Part shown: positions 19,409 to 29,375 of the stretch, in pieces
Layout of the letters: each line of letters starts with the position of its first letter
How positions within the stretch are numbered: the first letter of the stretch is position 1
Assembly: GCA_021783135.1 (NCBI GenBank)
Contig: JAJXUE010000007.1
Coordinates: forward strand, 15,136-79,135
DNA: 64,000 nucleotides
Direction: 5' to 3'
Origin: Bacillota bacterium
GTDB taxonomy: Bacteria; Bacillota; Desulfitobacteriia; Desulfitobacteriales; JAJXUE01
Translations under genes and position numbers: made by a program
Notes under the pieces: model-generated
Databases searched by the model: none
The model's input: the letters and a program-made list of their open reading frames with translations, nothing else
Told to the model about the DNA's origin: nothing

Positions 19409-20163
19409 TGCTGGCAAAACGCATTATCCCTTGCCTTGATGTGCATGAGGGAAGGGTTGTTAAGGGGACCAACTTTGTTAATTTGCGCGATGCCGGTGAT
19501 CCGGTGGAATTGGCGGCACTCTATGACGCAGCAGGCGCGGATGAGCTCGTTTTTCTCGATATATCAGCCTCGAATGAGGGCAGAGCCACAATGCTTGATG
19601 TAGTAAGACGGACGGCGGAAGAGGTCTTTATTCCCTTTACCGTCGGCGGCGGCTTGCGCAGTCTGGAGGATATTCGCAACATGCTGCGGGCAGGTGCCGA
19701 TAAAGTGTCCTTAAACACTTCAGCGGTGCAAAATCCTGATTTGCTGCGGCAAGGAGCGGAAGCCTTTGGCAGCCAGTGCATAGTCCTGGCCGTGGACGCG
19801 CGGGCGCGCCAAGGCGGCGGTTGGGAAGTATATATTCACGGGGGACGTACGCCAACCGGACTTGATGTCCTGGCGTGGGTTGAGCAGGGTCAAAGCTTGG
19901 GAGCCGGAGAAATTTTGCTGACCAGCATGGACAGAGACGGTACCAAAGACGGCTATGATCTCGAGTTAACTCGCCAAGTGAGCGAGGCTGTTTCTGTGCC
20001 GGTTATTGCCTCCGGCGGCGTGGGCAATTTGGCTCATATTTTGGCTGGCTTAACCTTAGGTAAAGCCGATGCCGCCCTGGCCGCCTCCATCTTTCATTAC
20101 GGTGAGTACACGATCAAAGAAACTAAGCAATATCTCGCGCAACACGGGGTGTTAGTGCGATAA
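19408..20163 (+). CDS. hisF: Imidazole glycerol phosphate synthase, cyclase subunit
   Basis: KRIIPCLDV...[10 protein letters not shown]...GGGL and SGG.G motifs. Start overlaps the hisA stop. Confidence 0.93.
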   Translation: MLAKRIIPCLDVHEGRVVKGTNFVNLRDAGDPVELAALYDAAGADELVFLDISASNEGRATMLDVVRRTAEEVFIPFTVGGGLRSLEDIRNMLRAGADKVSLNTSAVQNPDLLRQGAEAFGSQCIVLAVDARARQGGGWEVYIHGGRTPTGLDVLAWVEQGQSLGAGEILLTSMDRDGTKDGYDLELTRQVSEAVSVPVIASGGVGNLAHILAGLTLGKADAALAASIFHYGEYTIKETKQYLAQHGVLVR

Positions 20164-20207
20164 TTAGTACGTTGCTGCGAGCAAAGCCAGAAAGAGAGGT
20201 AACTTTA

Positions 20208-20891
20208 ATGCAAGATAGATTTACGGTAGATAATGTTGAAGTCATTGCCAAACTAAAGTTTGACGCCCATGGACTTATTCCGGCGGTGATTCAGGACGTC
20301 AAATCAAATGCAGTATTGATGTTAGCGTATATGAATCAAGCATCGTTGACCCAAACGCTGCAAGAGGGCAGGGCCTGCTATTTTAGCCGCAGCCGCCAGA
20401 GTATGTGGCTCAAAGGGGAAACCTCCGGTCATTATCAATATGTGCGGCAAATTTACTATGATTGTGATGCCGACTCGCTCTTGGTATTGGTGGAACAAGC
20501 AGGAGTTGCCTGTCATGAAGGGTATTTTACCTGTTTCCACAACCGTATCGAGCCTAACGGTTCGGTAACTGTTGAGGGTGAAGCAGAGGCGATACCGGAG
20601 GCCAAACTGGGCAAGGTTTTGGATGAGCTGTATAGCATGATCCTCGAACGTAAACAGAGCAAGCCTGAGGGTTCCTATACGACGTATCTGTTTGACAAAG
20701 GGCAAGACAAAATTCTGAAGAAGTTCGGTGAGGAAACAGCGGAAAGCATCATAGCCTCGAAGAATAACGATAGCACGGAGATTGTGTATGAAGTAAGTGA
20801 TTTACTCTACCACATGATGGTGCTGCTTGCGTACCATGAGTTAGGGCCAGCCCAAATTGCCGCCGAGCTAATCAAACGGCGCAGCAAATAG
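20208..20891 (+). CDS. hisIE: Bifunctional phosphoribosyl-AMP cyclohydrolase / phosphoribosyl-ATP pyrophosphatase
   Basis: N-terminal HisI (LIPAVIQD...WLKGETSGH...DCD.D..L) and C-terminal HisE (SYTTYLF..G.DKILKK.GEE, EVSDLLYH). ATG lies 8 nt after an AGAGAGG SD. Confidence 0.9.
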   Translation: MQDRFTVDNVEVIAKLKFDAHGLIPAVIQDVKSNAVLMLAYMNQASLTQTLQEGRACYFSRSRQSMWLKGETSGHYQYVRQIYYDCDADSLLVLVEQAGVACHEGYFTCFHNRIEPNGSVTVEGEAEAIPEAKLGKVLDELYSMILERKQSKPEGSYTTYLFDKGQDKILKKFGEETAESIIASKNNDSTEIVYEVSDLLYHMMVLLAYHELGPAQIAAELIKRRSK

Positions 20892-20974
20892 AAATTGCAG
20901 CAAATAAAAAAGGAAAGGCGCTACCTTAATGGTTTGCAGCCTTCCCTTTTTTTGTTGCCCCACTATGGGTGCTA

Positions 20975-21496
20975 TTACTTTTCGAAGTCTTTATACAGCA
21001 TGCTGGCTTGCACGCCCTGGTTGTTTTGATATTTGCCGGAAGAGTATTTGGCGTATTCACCCTCAATGGAGTGGTAAAAGATTTGGCATATTTCAACTCC
21101 CGGATAAATACGAATGGGATGAATACAGTGCATTTCCAAGGTCCAAAAGCCGCAAAAGCCAACATCACCAAAGCCTGCCGTAACATGAATGTAAAGACCT
21201 AGCCTACCAACGGAAGAACGACCTTCTAACATCGGCACGTATTTATCGGTGGCGGTGTACTCCACAGTTCTACCTAAGTAAAGGATGCCAGGTTGCAGGA
21301 GCAGACCTTCAGGGGGAATAATAATACTCGTAACATCGTTTTTTTGTTTCATATCGAGCACCGGGTTAACGTAAACAAGCAACTCATTGTGCAACGTTAA
21401 ATTATAACTATTGGGGTTAAGCTGTTTCTGATTATAAGGTTCAATTACAATTTCTTGTCCTAGTTTGTTTTGAATTTCCTTACCGGATAAGATCAT
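20975..21496 (-). CDS. dcd: dCTP deaminase
   Basis: 173 aa. MILSGKEI start and the GRSS.GRLGL...HVTAGFGD.GF.G.WTLE motif of the Dcd/dUTPase fold. Confidence 0.88.
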   Translation of the reverse strand: MILSGKEIQNKLGQEIVIEPYNQKQLNPNSYNLTLHNELLVYVNPVLDMKQKNDVTSIIIPPEGLLLQPGILYLGRTVEYTATDKYVPMLEGRSSVGRLGLYIHVTAGFGDVGFCGFWTLEMHCIHPIRIYPGVEICQIFYHSIEGEYAKYSSGKYQNNQGVQASMLYKDFEK

Positions 21497-21659
21497 TTTT
21501 ATCCCCCTTAATCAACTTAAATTGTATAACTAGGATAAAACTACTATAGCAGAAGTAGGCCAATTTTGCATCAAGTAGGGTGTAACGGATTTTTCAATCG
21601 GAACGAAAACCTGTTATAATATGGGTAGAGATTAAATTTTAAACAAAAGGGTGGGAAAT

Positions 21660-22712
21660 ATGCATAATAAGCTAGTGTCACTTTTGGGGGATGAAGCCGA
21701 ATATTTGTTAGAACATAAGTGTAATACAATCAGTCAAGACCTAATCCATCTGCCTGGTGCAGATTTTATCGACCGGGTATTTAGTGCCACCGATCGCAAC
21801 ACCAATGTTTTGCGCAACTTGGCTGCTCTCTACAACCACGGCCGCTTAGCCGGTACAGGCTATGTTTCGATCTTGCCGGTTGACCAAGGGGTAGAGCATT
21901 CCGGTGCAGCTTCATTTGCACCCAATCCGTTGTATTTTGATCCGGAGAATATCGTCAAGCTGGCAATTGAAGGCGGTTGTAATGCTGTAGCTTCAACCTT
22001 GGGTGTCTTAGGCATGACCTCGCGCAAATATGCCCACAAGATTCCCTTTATCCTCAAGATTAATCATAACGAACTGCTTACATATCCTAATACCTATGAT
22101 CAAAGGTTATTTGCGGCAGTAGAACAGGGCTACCAAATGGGCGCAGCAGGCATTGGCGCCACAATTTACTTTGGTTCGCAAGAGTCGCGCCGGCAAATCG
22201 AAGAAATAAGCTTAGCTTTTAAGCGCGCGCATGAATTGGGTATGTTTACGGTGCTCTGGTGTTATTTGCGCAATGACGGGTTTAAAACGGATAAAGTTGA
22301 TTATCATGAGTCGGCAGATTTAACAGGCCAGGCCAACTATTTAGGTGTAACTATCGAAGCCGATATTATTAAACAAAAGCTGCCCACTAATAATGGCGGC
22401 TACACAGCCCTCAAGTTTGGTAAAACAAGTCCCCTGGTATATGAAAAATTAAGTTCTGACCACCCGATTGATTTAACCCGTTATCAAGTCGCCAATTGCT
22501 TCATGGGTCGGGCCGGACTAATTAATTCCGGCGGACCTTCCGGCCAAGATGATTTACAGCAAGCGGTGAAGACGGCGGTCATCAATAAGCGGGCCGGCGG
22601 CATGGGGTTGATATCCGGCCGTAAGGCGTTTCAAAAACCGATGCCGGCAGGAATCGAATTGCTGCAGGCCATCCAAGATGTATACCTCGACCAAGCCATC
22701 GTTATAGCCTAA
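21660..22712 (+). CDS. fbaB: Class I fructose-bisphosphate aldolase (FbaB/DhnA type)
   Basis: Near-colinear with recalled E. coli FbaB ([47 protein letters not shown]). Confidence 0.88.
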   Translation: MHNKLVSLLGDEAEYLLEHKCNTISQDLIHLPGADFIDRVFSATDRNTNVLRNLAALYNHGRLAGTGYVSILPVDQGVEHSGAASFAPNPLYFDPENIVKLAIEGGCNAVASTLGVLGMTSRKYAHKIPFILKINHNELLTYPNTYDQRLFAAVEQGYQMGAAGIGATIYFGSQESRRQIEEISLAFKRAHELGMFTVLWCYLRNDGFKTDKVDYHESADLTGQANYLGVTIEADIIKQKLPTNNGGYTALKFGKTSPLVYEKLSSDHPIDLTRYQVANCFMGRAGLINSGGPSGQDDLQQAVKTAVINKRAGGMGLISGRKAFQKPMPAGIELLQAIQDVYLDQAIVIA

Positions 22713-22723
22713 CTGAACAGTTG

Positions 22724-22766
22724 GGACATTAATGGGGACTGCCTAAGGCAGTCCCCATTAATGTCC
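22724..22766. terminator. Bidirectional terminator between fbaB and the convergent flavin reductase gene
   Basis: 20-bp perfect stem GGACATTAATGGGGACTGCC / GGCAGTCCCCATTAATGTCC with a 3-nt loop. Confidence 0.8.
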
Positions 22767-22783
22767 TCGTTATGTACGCATAT

Positions 22784-23356
22784 CTATTTAGGCTGCTTTT
22801 GGGAGAACCCAAAGGTACCAAGCTTTTCCCCTAACGCGCGATACTCGTTTAAGCAATAGCCGTATGGGTTGAGTTTGGCCAAATCGGGTCGGCCGGCTGT
22901 GTCTAGTACCGTTTCAGAATAGTTTACGGCCAGGACATCGGCCACAAATACATCATGACTGCCTAACTCGATGGTCTGGCGTACCCGGCACTCTATATTG
23001 ACCGGACACTCGGCAATTAACGGCGCCTTGACTTGCGTCGCCGCAACAGGGGTAAGGCCGGTGGCTTGAAACTTATCAATATCCCGTCCGGATACTACCC
23101 CGCAATAGTCTACCGCCCGCGCCAGGTCGGCAGAAGGAATGTTAATTACATATTCACCCGATTCTTGCACCAGTTTGTGTGAGAATCTGCTGGGGTTAAT
23201 ACTGACATAGACAATAGGAGGCACGGAGTTCATGATGCCGGTCCAAGCAATAGTCAAGACATTGGCTTTATCACCTAACTGAGAACTCACGAGAACGTTA
23301 GGCACCGGAAACAGGGTTGTGGAGGGCGTTTTAGTGACCTTACGCATTGTAATCAT
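22784..23356 (-). CDS. Flavin reductase family protein (FMN-binding split barrel)
   Basis: 190 aa. The pattern (P.PV.LV.S......N..T.AW.G...S.PP.V.VSI.PSR.S..LI..SGEF.IN.P) is typical of the flavin reductase-like domain. Confidence 0.7.
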   Translation of the reverse strand: MITMRKVTKTPSTTLFPVPNVLVSSQLGDKANVLTIAWTGIMNSVPPIVYVSINPSRFSHKLVQESGEYVINIPSADLARAVDYCGVVSGRDIDKFQATGLTPVAATQVKAPLIAECPVNIECRVRQTIELGSHDVFVADVLAVNYSETVLDTAGRPDLAKLNPYGYCLNEYRALGEKLGTFGFSQKQPK

Positions 23357-23514
23357 CCCCTTCGAACAACGGAAATATTTCTTCTATATTTTATCATTGA
23401 CCAGGGTGTTTAACAATTTACCGCGTAAATTTTATTATGCTAAAAACCTCTTATCAAAATAACATGCTTGAGGTTATAATAGGGTTCAACTATGTCGTGA
23501 GAGGATTTGTAGCT

Positions 23515-24681
23515 ATGTCTTTCTCTCGTACCTCATTTAGCAGTTTAATCTTGGCCGTGGCAATTTCCGGGATGAGTCAGGGCTTGATTATACCCTTACT
23601 AACCATTCTTTTGGCGAACAGGGGAATTTCTTCACTCGCGAACGGTTTTAATGCCACTGCCCTGTATTTAGGCATCTTACTGGCGTCGCCCTGGATGGAC
23701 ATCCCGCTGCGCCGACTTGGCTATCGCAAGACCTTGCTGATAGGGTTATTACTGGTAACCTTCAGTACACTACTCTTTCCGTTGTTTCGCTCGTACAGTA
23801 TATGGTTCGGACTCAGATTTATTCTGGGTATTGGCGATGTTTGGCTCAATTATGCCAGTCAAATGTGGGTAACTGCCATTTCACCGCCGAATCGACGGGG
23901 GAGAAACTTGTCAATATATGGGCTTGCCTATGGCTTGGGTTTTAGCATCGGCCCCCAAGGAATTTTATTGCTGCCTTGGGGTGTATTTGCACCTTTCTTG
24001 GCTATTAGTGTAATTTACGTTGTCGCGTTTATCCTGATTGGCAGGCTGCCCAATTCTTACCCGGAGTCGTTCACACCATCGGCACAACAGGAAAACCGCT
24101 ATATTTCAGTGATGCGCCTGGCCTGGATTGCGTTACTGCCGGCTTTCTTATATGGGTTCATGGAAGCAACATTGAACAATAGTTTCCCAATCTACATCTT
24201 GCGGCTAGGACTTGCCAAGGATTGGATTCCTTTGCTGCTATTTACGTTTACAGCAGGTTCCTTGGTGTTGCAGCTTCCTTTAGGGGTATGGAGCGACAGG
24301 ATTGGCAGGCAAAAAGTAATGCTAGGTTGCGCCGCAGTAGGTACGCTTATGTTTGCGCTCTTTCCTCTAATCGGCCACTCGTTTTGGTCTATGGCTATTT
24401 TATTTGCCGTAGCCGGAGGAGTGGTAGGTTCGTTCTATTCCTTAGGGATGGCCTTTGCCACTGATATTTTGCAGCCTAAGCTGGTGCCGACTTTCGGGAT
24501 ATTAGCAGGTATCTATTATAGCCTTGCCAGCATCTTAGCTCCCGGTGTGAATGGTTTCATCCTAGACCATCTACCACCCGGTCTAATATTTGCGACCTTA
24601 GCTTTATTGCTTGCTCTGTTTTGTGGCGCGGGCTTTTTCTTTCGCGCACCGCAACTACAAAGCAGTGCGGACGGGAGTTAA
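23515..24681 (+). CDS. MFS transporter
   Basis: 12-TM-type hydrophobic profile with an MFS loop motif (PLRRLGYRKTL, WSDRIGRQKVM). ATG 23515 is the preferred start within an ORF open from 23437. Confidence 0.75.
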   Translation: MSFSRTSFSSLILAVAISGMSQGLIIPLLTILLANRGISSLANGFNATALYLGILLASPWMDIPLRRLGYRKTLLIGLLLVTFSTLLFPLFRSYSIWFGLRFILGIGDVWLNYASQMWVTAISPPNRRGRNLSIYGLAYGLGFSIGPQGILLLPWGVFAPFLAISVIYVVAFILIGRLPNSYPESFTPSAQQENRYISVMRLAWIALLPAFLYGFMEATLNNSFPIYILRLGLAKDWIPLLLFTFTAGSLVLQLPLGVWSDRIGRQKVMLGCAAVGTLMFALFPLIGHSFWSMAILFAVAGGVVGSFYSLGMAFATDILQPKLVPTFGILAGIYYSLASILAPGVNGFILDHLPPGLIFATLALLLALFCGAGFFFRAPQLQSSADGS

Positions 24682-24683
24682 AC

Positions 24684-24956
24684 ATGAAATATTATTGGTT
24701 GGCTCTGGCAATCTGGAACATAGTAACTCTACTCATCACCGGCTATGACAAGTTAATTGCGGGCAGCAAAAGGCGGCGTATCCCGGAAAAAACGCTGTTG
24801 CTTCTAGCGGCATGCCAGGGTGCGTTGGGAGTGTATGCTGCGATGTATCTATTCCATCACAAGACACGCCATCAGAAATTTACGCTCGGCGTACCCGTGC
24901 TGGTAGTGGGCAATATTGTGCTTACTTACTTTTTGGTGACGCGGGTGCACTTATAG
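24684..24956 (+). CDS. DUF1294-family small membrane protein
   Basis: 90 aa. The pattern YDK..A......RIPE..L...A..GGA.G...AM..F.HKT.H..F is as recalled for DUF1294. The start follows a GGGAG SD. Confidence 0.6.
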   Translation: MKYYWLALAIWNIVTLLITGYDKLIAGSKRRRIPEKTLLLLAACQGALGVYAAMYLFHHKTRHQKFTLGVPVLVVGNIVLTYFLVTRVHL

Positions 24957-25062
24957 AATACATAATACATGCGCGTAAACCGTTTACTTTTGGGCCTGAT
25001 TTTTGTTTTAATGACAATAGAACGTAAAATTGTGTTAACTATGTGGAAGGTCAGGTGGTTTG

Positions 25063-26043
25063 ATGGCAGTCGAAATGAAGTTACCACCGGTGTTAGACAT
25101 CATTCGCAGTAATATTGTCAAGTATGGCAATCCTTTGGCCTTAAAGGGCGGGGAAGTTGCGGCTTGGGCTAAGAGCCTGAACCTGCCCGCGCAGGGTGAG
25201 TTGCTTTTTTATACCGGTGGTGAGTATCAACTTCTTCCCTATATTGATACGTTAGTCAAGACGATGACCAAGGTTGATCAAGCCAGTAAAGGCTTTTCTC
25301 TGTTAATGGGCGTGCGCAATGTTTTAGACAAAGCCGGAATTAACGCAGAGAAGATGTACGCATCGGTTTTGGCCAAGGACAAGGAACGTTATAATACGGT
25401 CTGTTACAAGGCCGCTGTGATATTACGCCAATTGGGCTATGAGTTGAGTTATTCCGGTGAACATGAACTCTATAGCGGTGCTTTGCTGTACGAACTTGGC
25501 TATTGGGACGACCTCAGGGCATATGCACCCAAGGTAGCTAATGTCATAGCTCAAAGCGGCGCAAAGACCATTGTCTGCTTATCACCGCACGCGGCCGAGG
25601 TATTTAAGTATGTTTATCCCAAATTGCTCCCGGATTTTGCGTTTGAGATCAAGACCTTTGTGGAACTGGTATGGGAGAAACGCGATTTGCTGCCGCAGGT
25701 TGATTATGCCGCTCCGGTCGTTATTCATGATTCCTGTCGCTTAGCCCGGGAACTGGGTATTGACGAGCAATTACGTGACATTTTAACCAGTGTGGGTGTG
25801 CAACAGCGAGAAGCGCTGCGTAATCGTAAGTGGACGACTTGCTGCGGTGGCCCGAACAAATTGTTGTTTCCGGAAATTTCGCATGAAGTAGCGGAACGCA
25901 GGGTGAACGAACTGACCCATACTGAGGCCGAAACGATTTTGACCTCCTGCCCTTATTGTCTGTCTGCTTTGGAGAACGGGAATGCTGCCAATGCCGGCGT
26001 GGAAGATTTAATTGAATTTCTCTACAGGGGGGTTAAGCCGTGA
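25063..26043 (+). CDS. Cysteine-rich (CCG-domain) Fe-S oxidoreductase subunit, LutA/HdrB-like
   Basis: Two CCG-type motifs (HDSCRLAR..., WTTCCGGP, SCPYCL). Translationally coupled to the downstream LutB-like gene. Confidence 0.65.
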   Translation: MAVEMKLPPVLDIIRSNIVKYGNPLALKGGEVAAWAKSLNLPAQGELLFYTGGEYQLLPYIDTLVKTMTKVDQASKGFSLLMGVRNVLDKAGINAEKMYASVLAKDKERYNTVCYKAAVILRQLGYELSYSGEHELYSGALLYELGYWDDLRAYAPKVANVIAQSGAKTIVCLSPHAAEVFKYVYPKLLPDFAFEIKTFVELVWEKRDLLPQVDYAAPVVIHDSCRLARELGIDEQLRDILTSVGVQQREALRNRKWTTCCGGPNKLLFPEISHEVAERRVNELTHTEAETILTSCPYCLSALENGNAANAGVEDLIEFLYRGVKP

Positions 26044-27284
26044 ACACTGATTTGCAAAAGGAATTTGCGGATTACACCAAAAATCTGAATGCGGCAGGAA
26101 AAGACGAGAGGATTAAGACTGCGTTAACGCGCGCGGTTCACGCCTATCGCAGTACTGTAGATGAAACCTTGCAGCGCTTTCCGCATACCCCGGAATTGGC
26201 TGCGGAAGTTAGAGAACTTAAAGCTGAGGCTGTGATAAAGCGCGACGACTTGCTGCGGCAAGCCATGGAGTCCGTAGAACGCAACAAAGGGAAGGCCTTT
26301 TATGCGGCAGACAAACAAGCTGCCCTAGCTCTGGCGCGGGAAATCATCGGCAAAGGTAAAGTGGTGGTCAAGGGCAAGAGCATGCTGGGCGAGGAGCTTC
26401 ACCTGCGTGAGGATTTAGAGGAATACGGTAACGAGGTTTGGGAGACTGACTTGGGGGAATTTATCCTGCAGTTAAAGCATGACCGCCCCATGCATATCCT
26501 GTCCCCAGCCATTCACGTGCCGCGTGAACAAGTGGCCGAGATCTTCAGTAAGTTTTTTGGCAAGGAAGTTCCGCCGGATATCGCGCAGGAAGTGGCCGTA
26601 GTTAAGGAATTTATGCGTGATAAGTTTTTCCAAGCTGACGTTGGGATAAGCGGCGCTAACGTAGTGGCAGCTGATACCGGCGCCATGGTGATGATTGAGA
26701 ACGAGGGCAATGTTCGCCTTGCGACTGCCGCTCCGCCTGTGCACATCGTATTTGTTGGGGTCGAAAAAATTGTACCTACGTTCCAGGATGCTATGAAAGT
26801 GGCGGAGGTAACTTGGCGCTACGCCCAGTACGGCGTACCGGGCTATGTCAGCATTATAACCGGCCCGAGCAAGACCGGGGATATTGAAAAGGTAACTACT
26901 TACGGTGCGCATGGGCCAAAGGAGTTTGTGGTTATTTTTGTCGACAATGGCCGCAGCACCATGGCCACAGAGCCTGAGTTCAGCGCAGCGTTGCATTGCT
27001 TGCGCTGCGGCGGTTGTATGTATGAATGCCCGGTGTTTCAGGTCACCGCCGGACATTTTGGCCATACCTATTTGGGAGGTATCGGTACAGTATGGACTGC
27101 GTTTGTCGCCGGAGGCATGGAGAAGGCGGCACCGCTAGCCTATACCTGCCTGCGCTGCGGACGGTGTGTGGAGCGTTGCCCGATGCAGATCAATATTCCG
27201 GCGATGGTCGGGGAGCTACGCAAGCGTATTGTTAACGGTGAGGGTCTTGGCAAAGAGGAAGTTTCCCAAGAGGAAGCATCTTAA
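26040..27284 (+). CDS. LUD-domain / 2x[4Fe-4S] lactate-utilisation-type protein (LutB-like)
   Basis: LUD/DUF162-type central region plus two ferredoxin motifs (CLRCGGCMYECP, CLRCGRCVERCP). Confidence 0.65.
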   Translation: MNTDLQKEFADYTKNLNAAGKDERIKTALTRAVHAYRSTVDETLQRFPHTPELAAEVRELKAEAVIKRDDLLRQAMESVERNKGKAFYAADKQAALALAREIIGKGKVVVKGKSMLGEELHLREDLEEYGNEVWETDLGEFILQLKHDRPMHILSPAIHVPREQVAEIFSKFFGKEVPPDIAQEVAVVKEFMRDKFFQADVGISGANVVAADTGAMVMIENEGNVRLATAAPPVHIVFVGVEKIVPTFQDAMKVAEVTWRYAQYGVPGYVSIITGPSKTGDIEKVTTYGAHGPKEFVVIFVDNGRSTMATEPEFSAALHCLRCGGCMYECPVFQVTAGHFGHTYLGGIGTVWTAFVAGGMEKAAPLAYTCLRCGRCVERCPMQINIPAMVGELRKRIVNGEGLGKEEVSQEEAS

Positions 27285-27313
27285 GCTGGTAAAAACTACA
27301 TTGTTGGCCTTGG

Positions 27314-27536
27314 GCCTTAGCTGTAGAGCAACGACGTGGAAAATAGTACGAGGAAAAGCGCGCTCAGAGGAAATTGATGCGCGCTTTTTCTCGTACTAGC
27401 GTGAAACTAGCTTTGGGTCGCTGGGGTCGAGTTTACTTTCTGCTCCGCTCAACAGACTTCAGCGCCGAGCATACTTATCGGCTCGCTGCCTCACTTTCGC
27501 AAACGTAGCCGTAAATTGGGCGCGAGCAGGCGTGCG
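27314..27536. repeat. Dispersed structured intergenic repeat, copy A: 3' tail and 18-bp hairpin (27346-27396) followed by the 5' arm and core (27421-27536)
   Basis: 27421-27536 aligns with 40111-40226 at high identity, and 27346-27396 aligns with 40328-40377. Read directly. Confidence 0.85.
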
Positions 27537-27562
27537 TAAAAACATGGTGGTAACTTATAAAA

Positions 27563-28573
27563 CTAGTGCTGACAGTTGTCATGGTGCCAGTTGCTTTCGA
27601 CACAACAGGTTTCATTGGCATGGTGGTGGTTTCTGCTTTCCAGCTGCAAGGTGACATGCCCAATGCCGAACCTCTCACTTAACGTGGCTTCGATCGATTC
27701 AACCATGGCCTGTGACTCGTTAATGCACATGTCGCCATCTACGACCAGATGGCCGCTTAAGGCATGGCGGTTAGAGGTGAGGCTCCAAATGTGCAGGTCG
27801 TGCAGGTTTATTACCTCCGGAATAGAGTTGAGAAACTCTTCTACATCCGTAAACAGGATGCCGGAGGGAGTGCCTTCCATGAGGACGACGTAGGTTTCTT
27901 TGACAATGCGCCACGCACCTATCGCTACGAGCAGGGCAATCAGAATACTCATAATCGGGTCGGCAATGTACCAATGCGCAAAGTACATGACGAGGCCGGC
28001 GATGATAACACCGGCAGAGGCGGCGGCATCGCCAAAAACGTGCAGCATCGCGCTTTTGATGTTGATGTTGTCTGACTGATCCCGCATACCCAGCCCAATG
28101 TAGAGGTTAACCAAGATGCCGATGGTGGCGGTGACAAACAAGATTAAGCCTTGAACCGGCTCCGGGTGTAAAATGCGCCGGTATGCTTCGCCGCCAATAA
28201 AAAAGGCGATACCAACCAAGGTTAAAGCGTTAAACAGGGCTGCTAAAATGGTAATGCGGTGATACCCGTAGGTCATCATGGGTGACGGAGATTTAGTCGC
28301 GACGCGAATCGCCCACCAGGCAACTACCAGCGAAATGACATCTGTCAGCATATGTCCGGCATCGCTGAGCAGGGCCAAGCTGTTGGCCCACAAGCCGCCA
28401 AACAGTTCGACGCCTAAAATCAACAGGGCCAAGAAAATGGCCTGTCGCAGTTTTGTTTGGGCTACATGGGCATGCCCCACGTGGGAGTGATGGTGGGAAT
28501 GGGTGTGATCGGTATGATTGTGATCGTTATGATGATGGTCGGCATGATGGTGATCGGAATGAGTGTGCTCCAT
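27563..28573 (-). CDS. czcD: Cation diffusion facilitator (CzcD/ZitB-like) with His-rich N- and C-termini
   Basis: Six-TM CDF core (SLALLSDAGHMLTD, HVFGDAAAS) and a cytoplasmic C-domain. The N-terminus is MEHTHSDHHHADHHHNDHNHTDHTHSHHHSH. Confidence 0.85.
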   Translation of the reverse strand: MEHTHSDHHHADHHHNDHNHTDHTHSHHHSHVGHAHVAQTKLRQAIFLALLILGVELFGGLWANSLALLSDAGHMLTDVISLVVAWWAIRVATKSPSPMMTYGYHRITILAALFNALTLVGIAFFIGGEAYRRILHPEPVQGLILFVTATIGILVNLYIGLGMRDQSDNINIKSAMLHVFGDAAASAGVIIAGLVMYFAHWYIADPIMSILIALLVAIGAWRIVKETYVVLMEGTPSGILFTDVEEFLNSIPEVINLHDLHIWSLTSNRHALSGHLVVDGDMCINESQAMVESIEATLSERFGIGHVTLQLESRNHHHANETCCVESNWHHDNCQH

Positions 28574-28596
28574 GCATAACCTCCGGTAAAAGCATT

Positions 28597-28620
28597 TGCA
28601 GTCACCCCGGGGTGGCTACA
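28597..28620. promoter_or_regulatory. 24-bp imperfect palindrome with perfect core CACCCCGGGGTG in the czcD leader
   Basis: TGCAGTCACCCC|GGGGTGGCTACA, with 10/12 arm complementarity, about 24 nt upstream of the czcD start codon. Confidence 0.4.
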
Positions 28621-28699
28621 GAAAGGTGAGCAGTAATTAAACCAAATGTACGGTTTGACAGGGTATAATAGAGAGTAGCAAAGTGAATGAAGGTGGACA

Positions 28700-29128
28700 A
28701 TGAAATTGTTGGTTGATGCGGACGCCTGTCCCAAAGCGTGTCTGCAAATTTGCCTAAGGTTAGGACATGCCTTCGGCTGTCCGGTTTGGACTGTCGCCAG
28801 TTTTAATCACAATATTGAGTCTGACCATCATATCGTGGTCGGAAATTCTTCCCAGGAGGCCGATATCAAGCTGATGAATTTGGCTGAAGCGGGTGACATT
28901 GTAGTGACGCAAGACTGGGGTCTGGCCGCTATGCTCCTGGGCAAAGGCGCCAGGTGCTTAAATCCGACCGGGCGCGAGTACAAGCCGGACACTATCGAAT
29001 TTTTGCTGGAGGAGCGGGAAGTCAAGGCCAAACTCCGGCGAACCGGCGGGCGAACCAAGGGACCCAAGCCCAGGGTGCCAGCAGATGATCAACGTTTTGC
29101 CGCGGCCCTCTCACACTTGTTCAGTTAA
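28700..29128 (+). CDS. yaiI: YaiI/YqxD family protein (UPF0178/DUF188)
   Basis: Starts [11 protein letters not shown] and has the ...AD..L......GD.VVTQD..LA pattern recalled from E. coli YaiI. Confidence 0.75.
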   Translation: MKLLVDADACPKACLQICLRLGHAFGCPVWTVASFNHNIESDHHIVVGNSSQEADIKLMNLAEAGDIVVTQDWGLAAMLLGKGARCLNPTGREYKPDTIEFLLEEREVKAKLRRTGGRTKGPKPRVPADDQRFAAALSHLFS

Positions 29129-29375
29129 AAAACAAAACTCGCATCCCAGCGTAAGCTCAGCCTACAGATGGTGCGAGATTGTTTGTTGTTGACTGCAACA
29201 TTGGTTGTAAACAGCCTGCCTGCACGCTCGCCAACTCGTGCAAGTTCGCGAGCGTGCAGTCCACTGCAGGTGTTTTTCCGTGCAACGCAATTAACGTTAC
29301 CCGATGTCAGCTCAATATAATAGTAAAATAAAATCTATGTAGCGTCAACCAGCAAAAAAAAACAACCCGGCAATT

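Noticed and set aside
20926-21202. Three 77-86 aa ORFs around the dcd 3' end
   Set aside because: They overlap or lie antisense to dcd, which is strongly supported, and they have no translation signals.
26472-27065. 197-aa minus-strand ORF
   Set aside because: It is antisense to the LutB-like gene, which carries two ferredoxin motifs. No independent signals support it.
28462-28734. 90-aa minus-strand ORF across the czcD start
   Set aside because: It is an alternative frame through the His-codon repeat region (reading ITIIPITPI...). The czcD frame with CDF motifs is clearly the real one.
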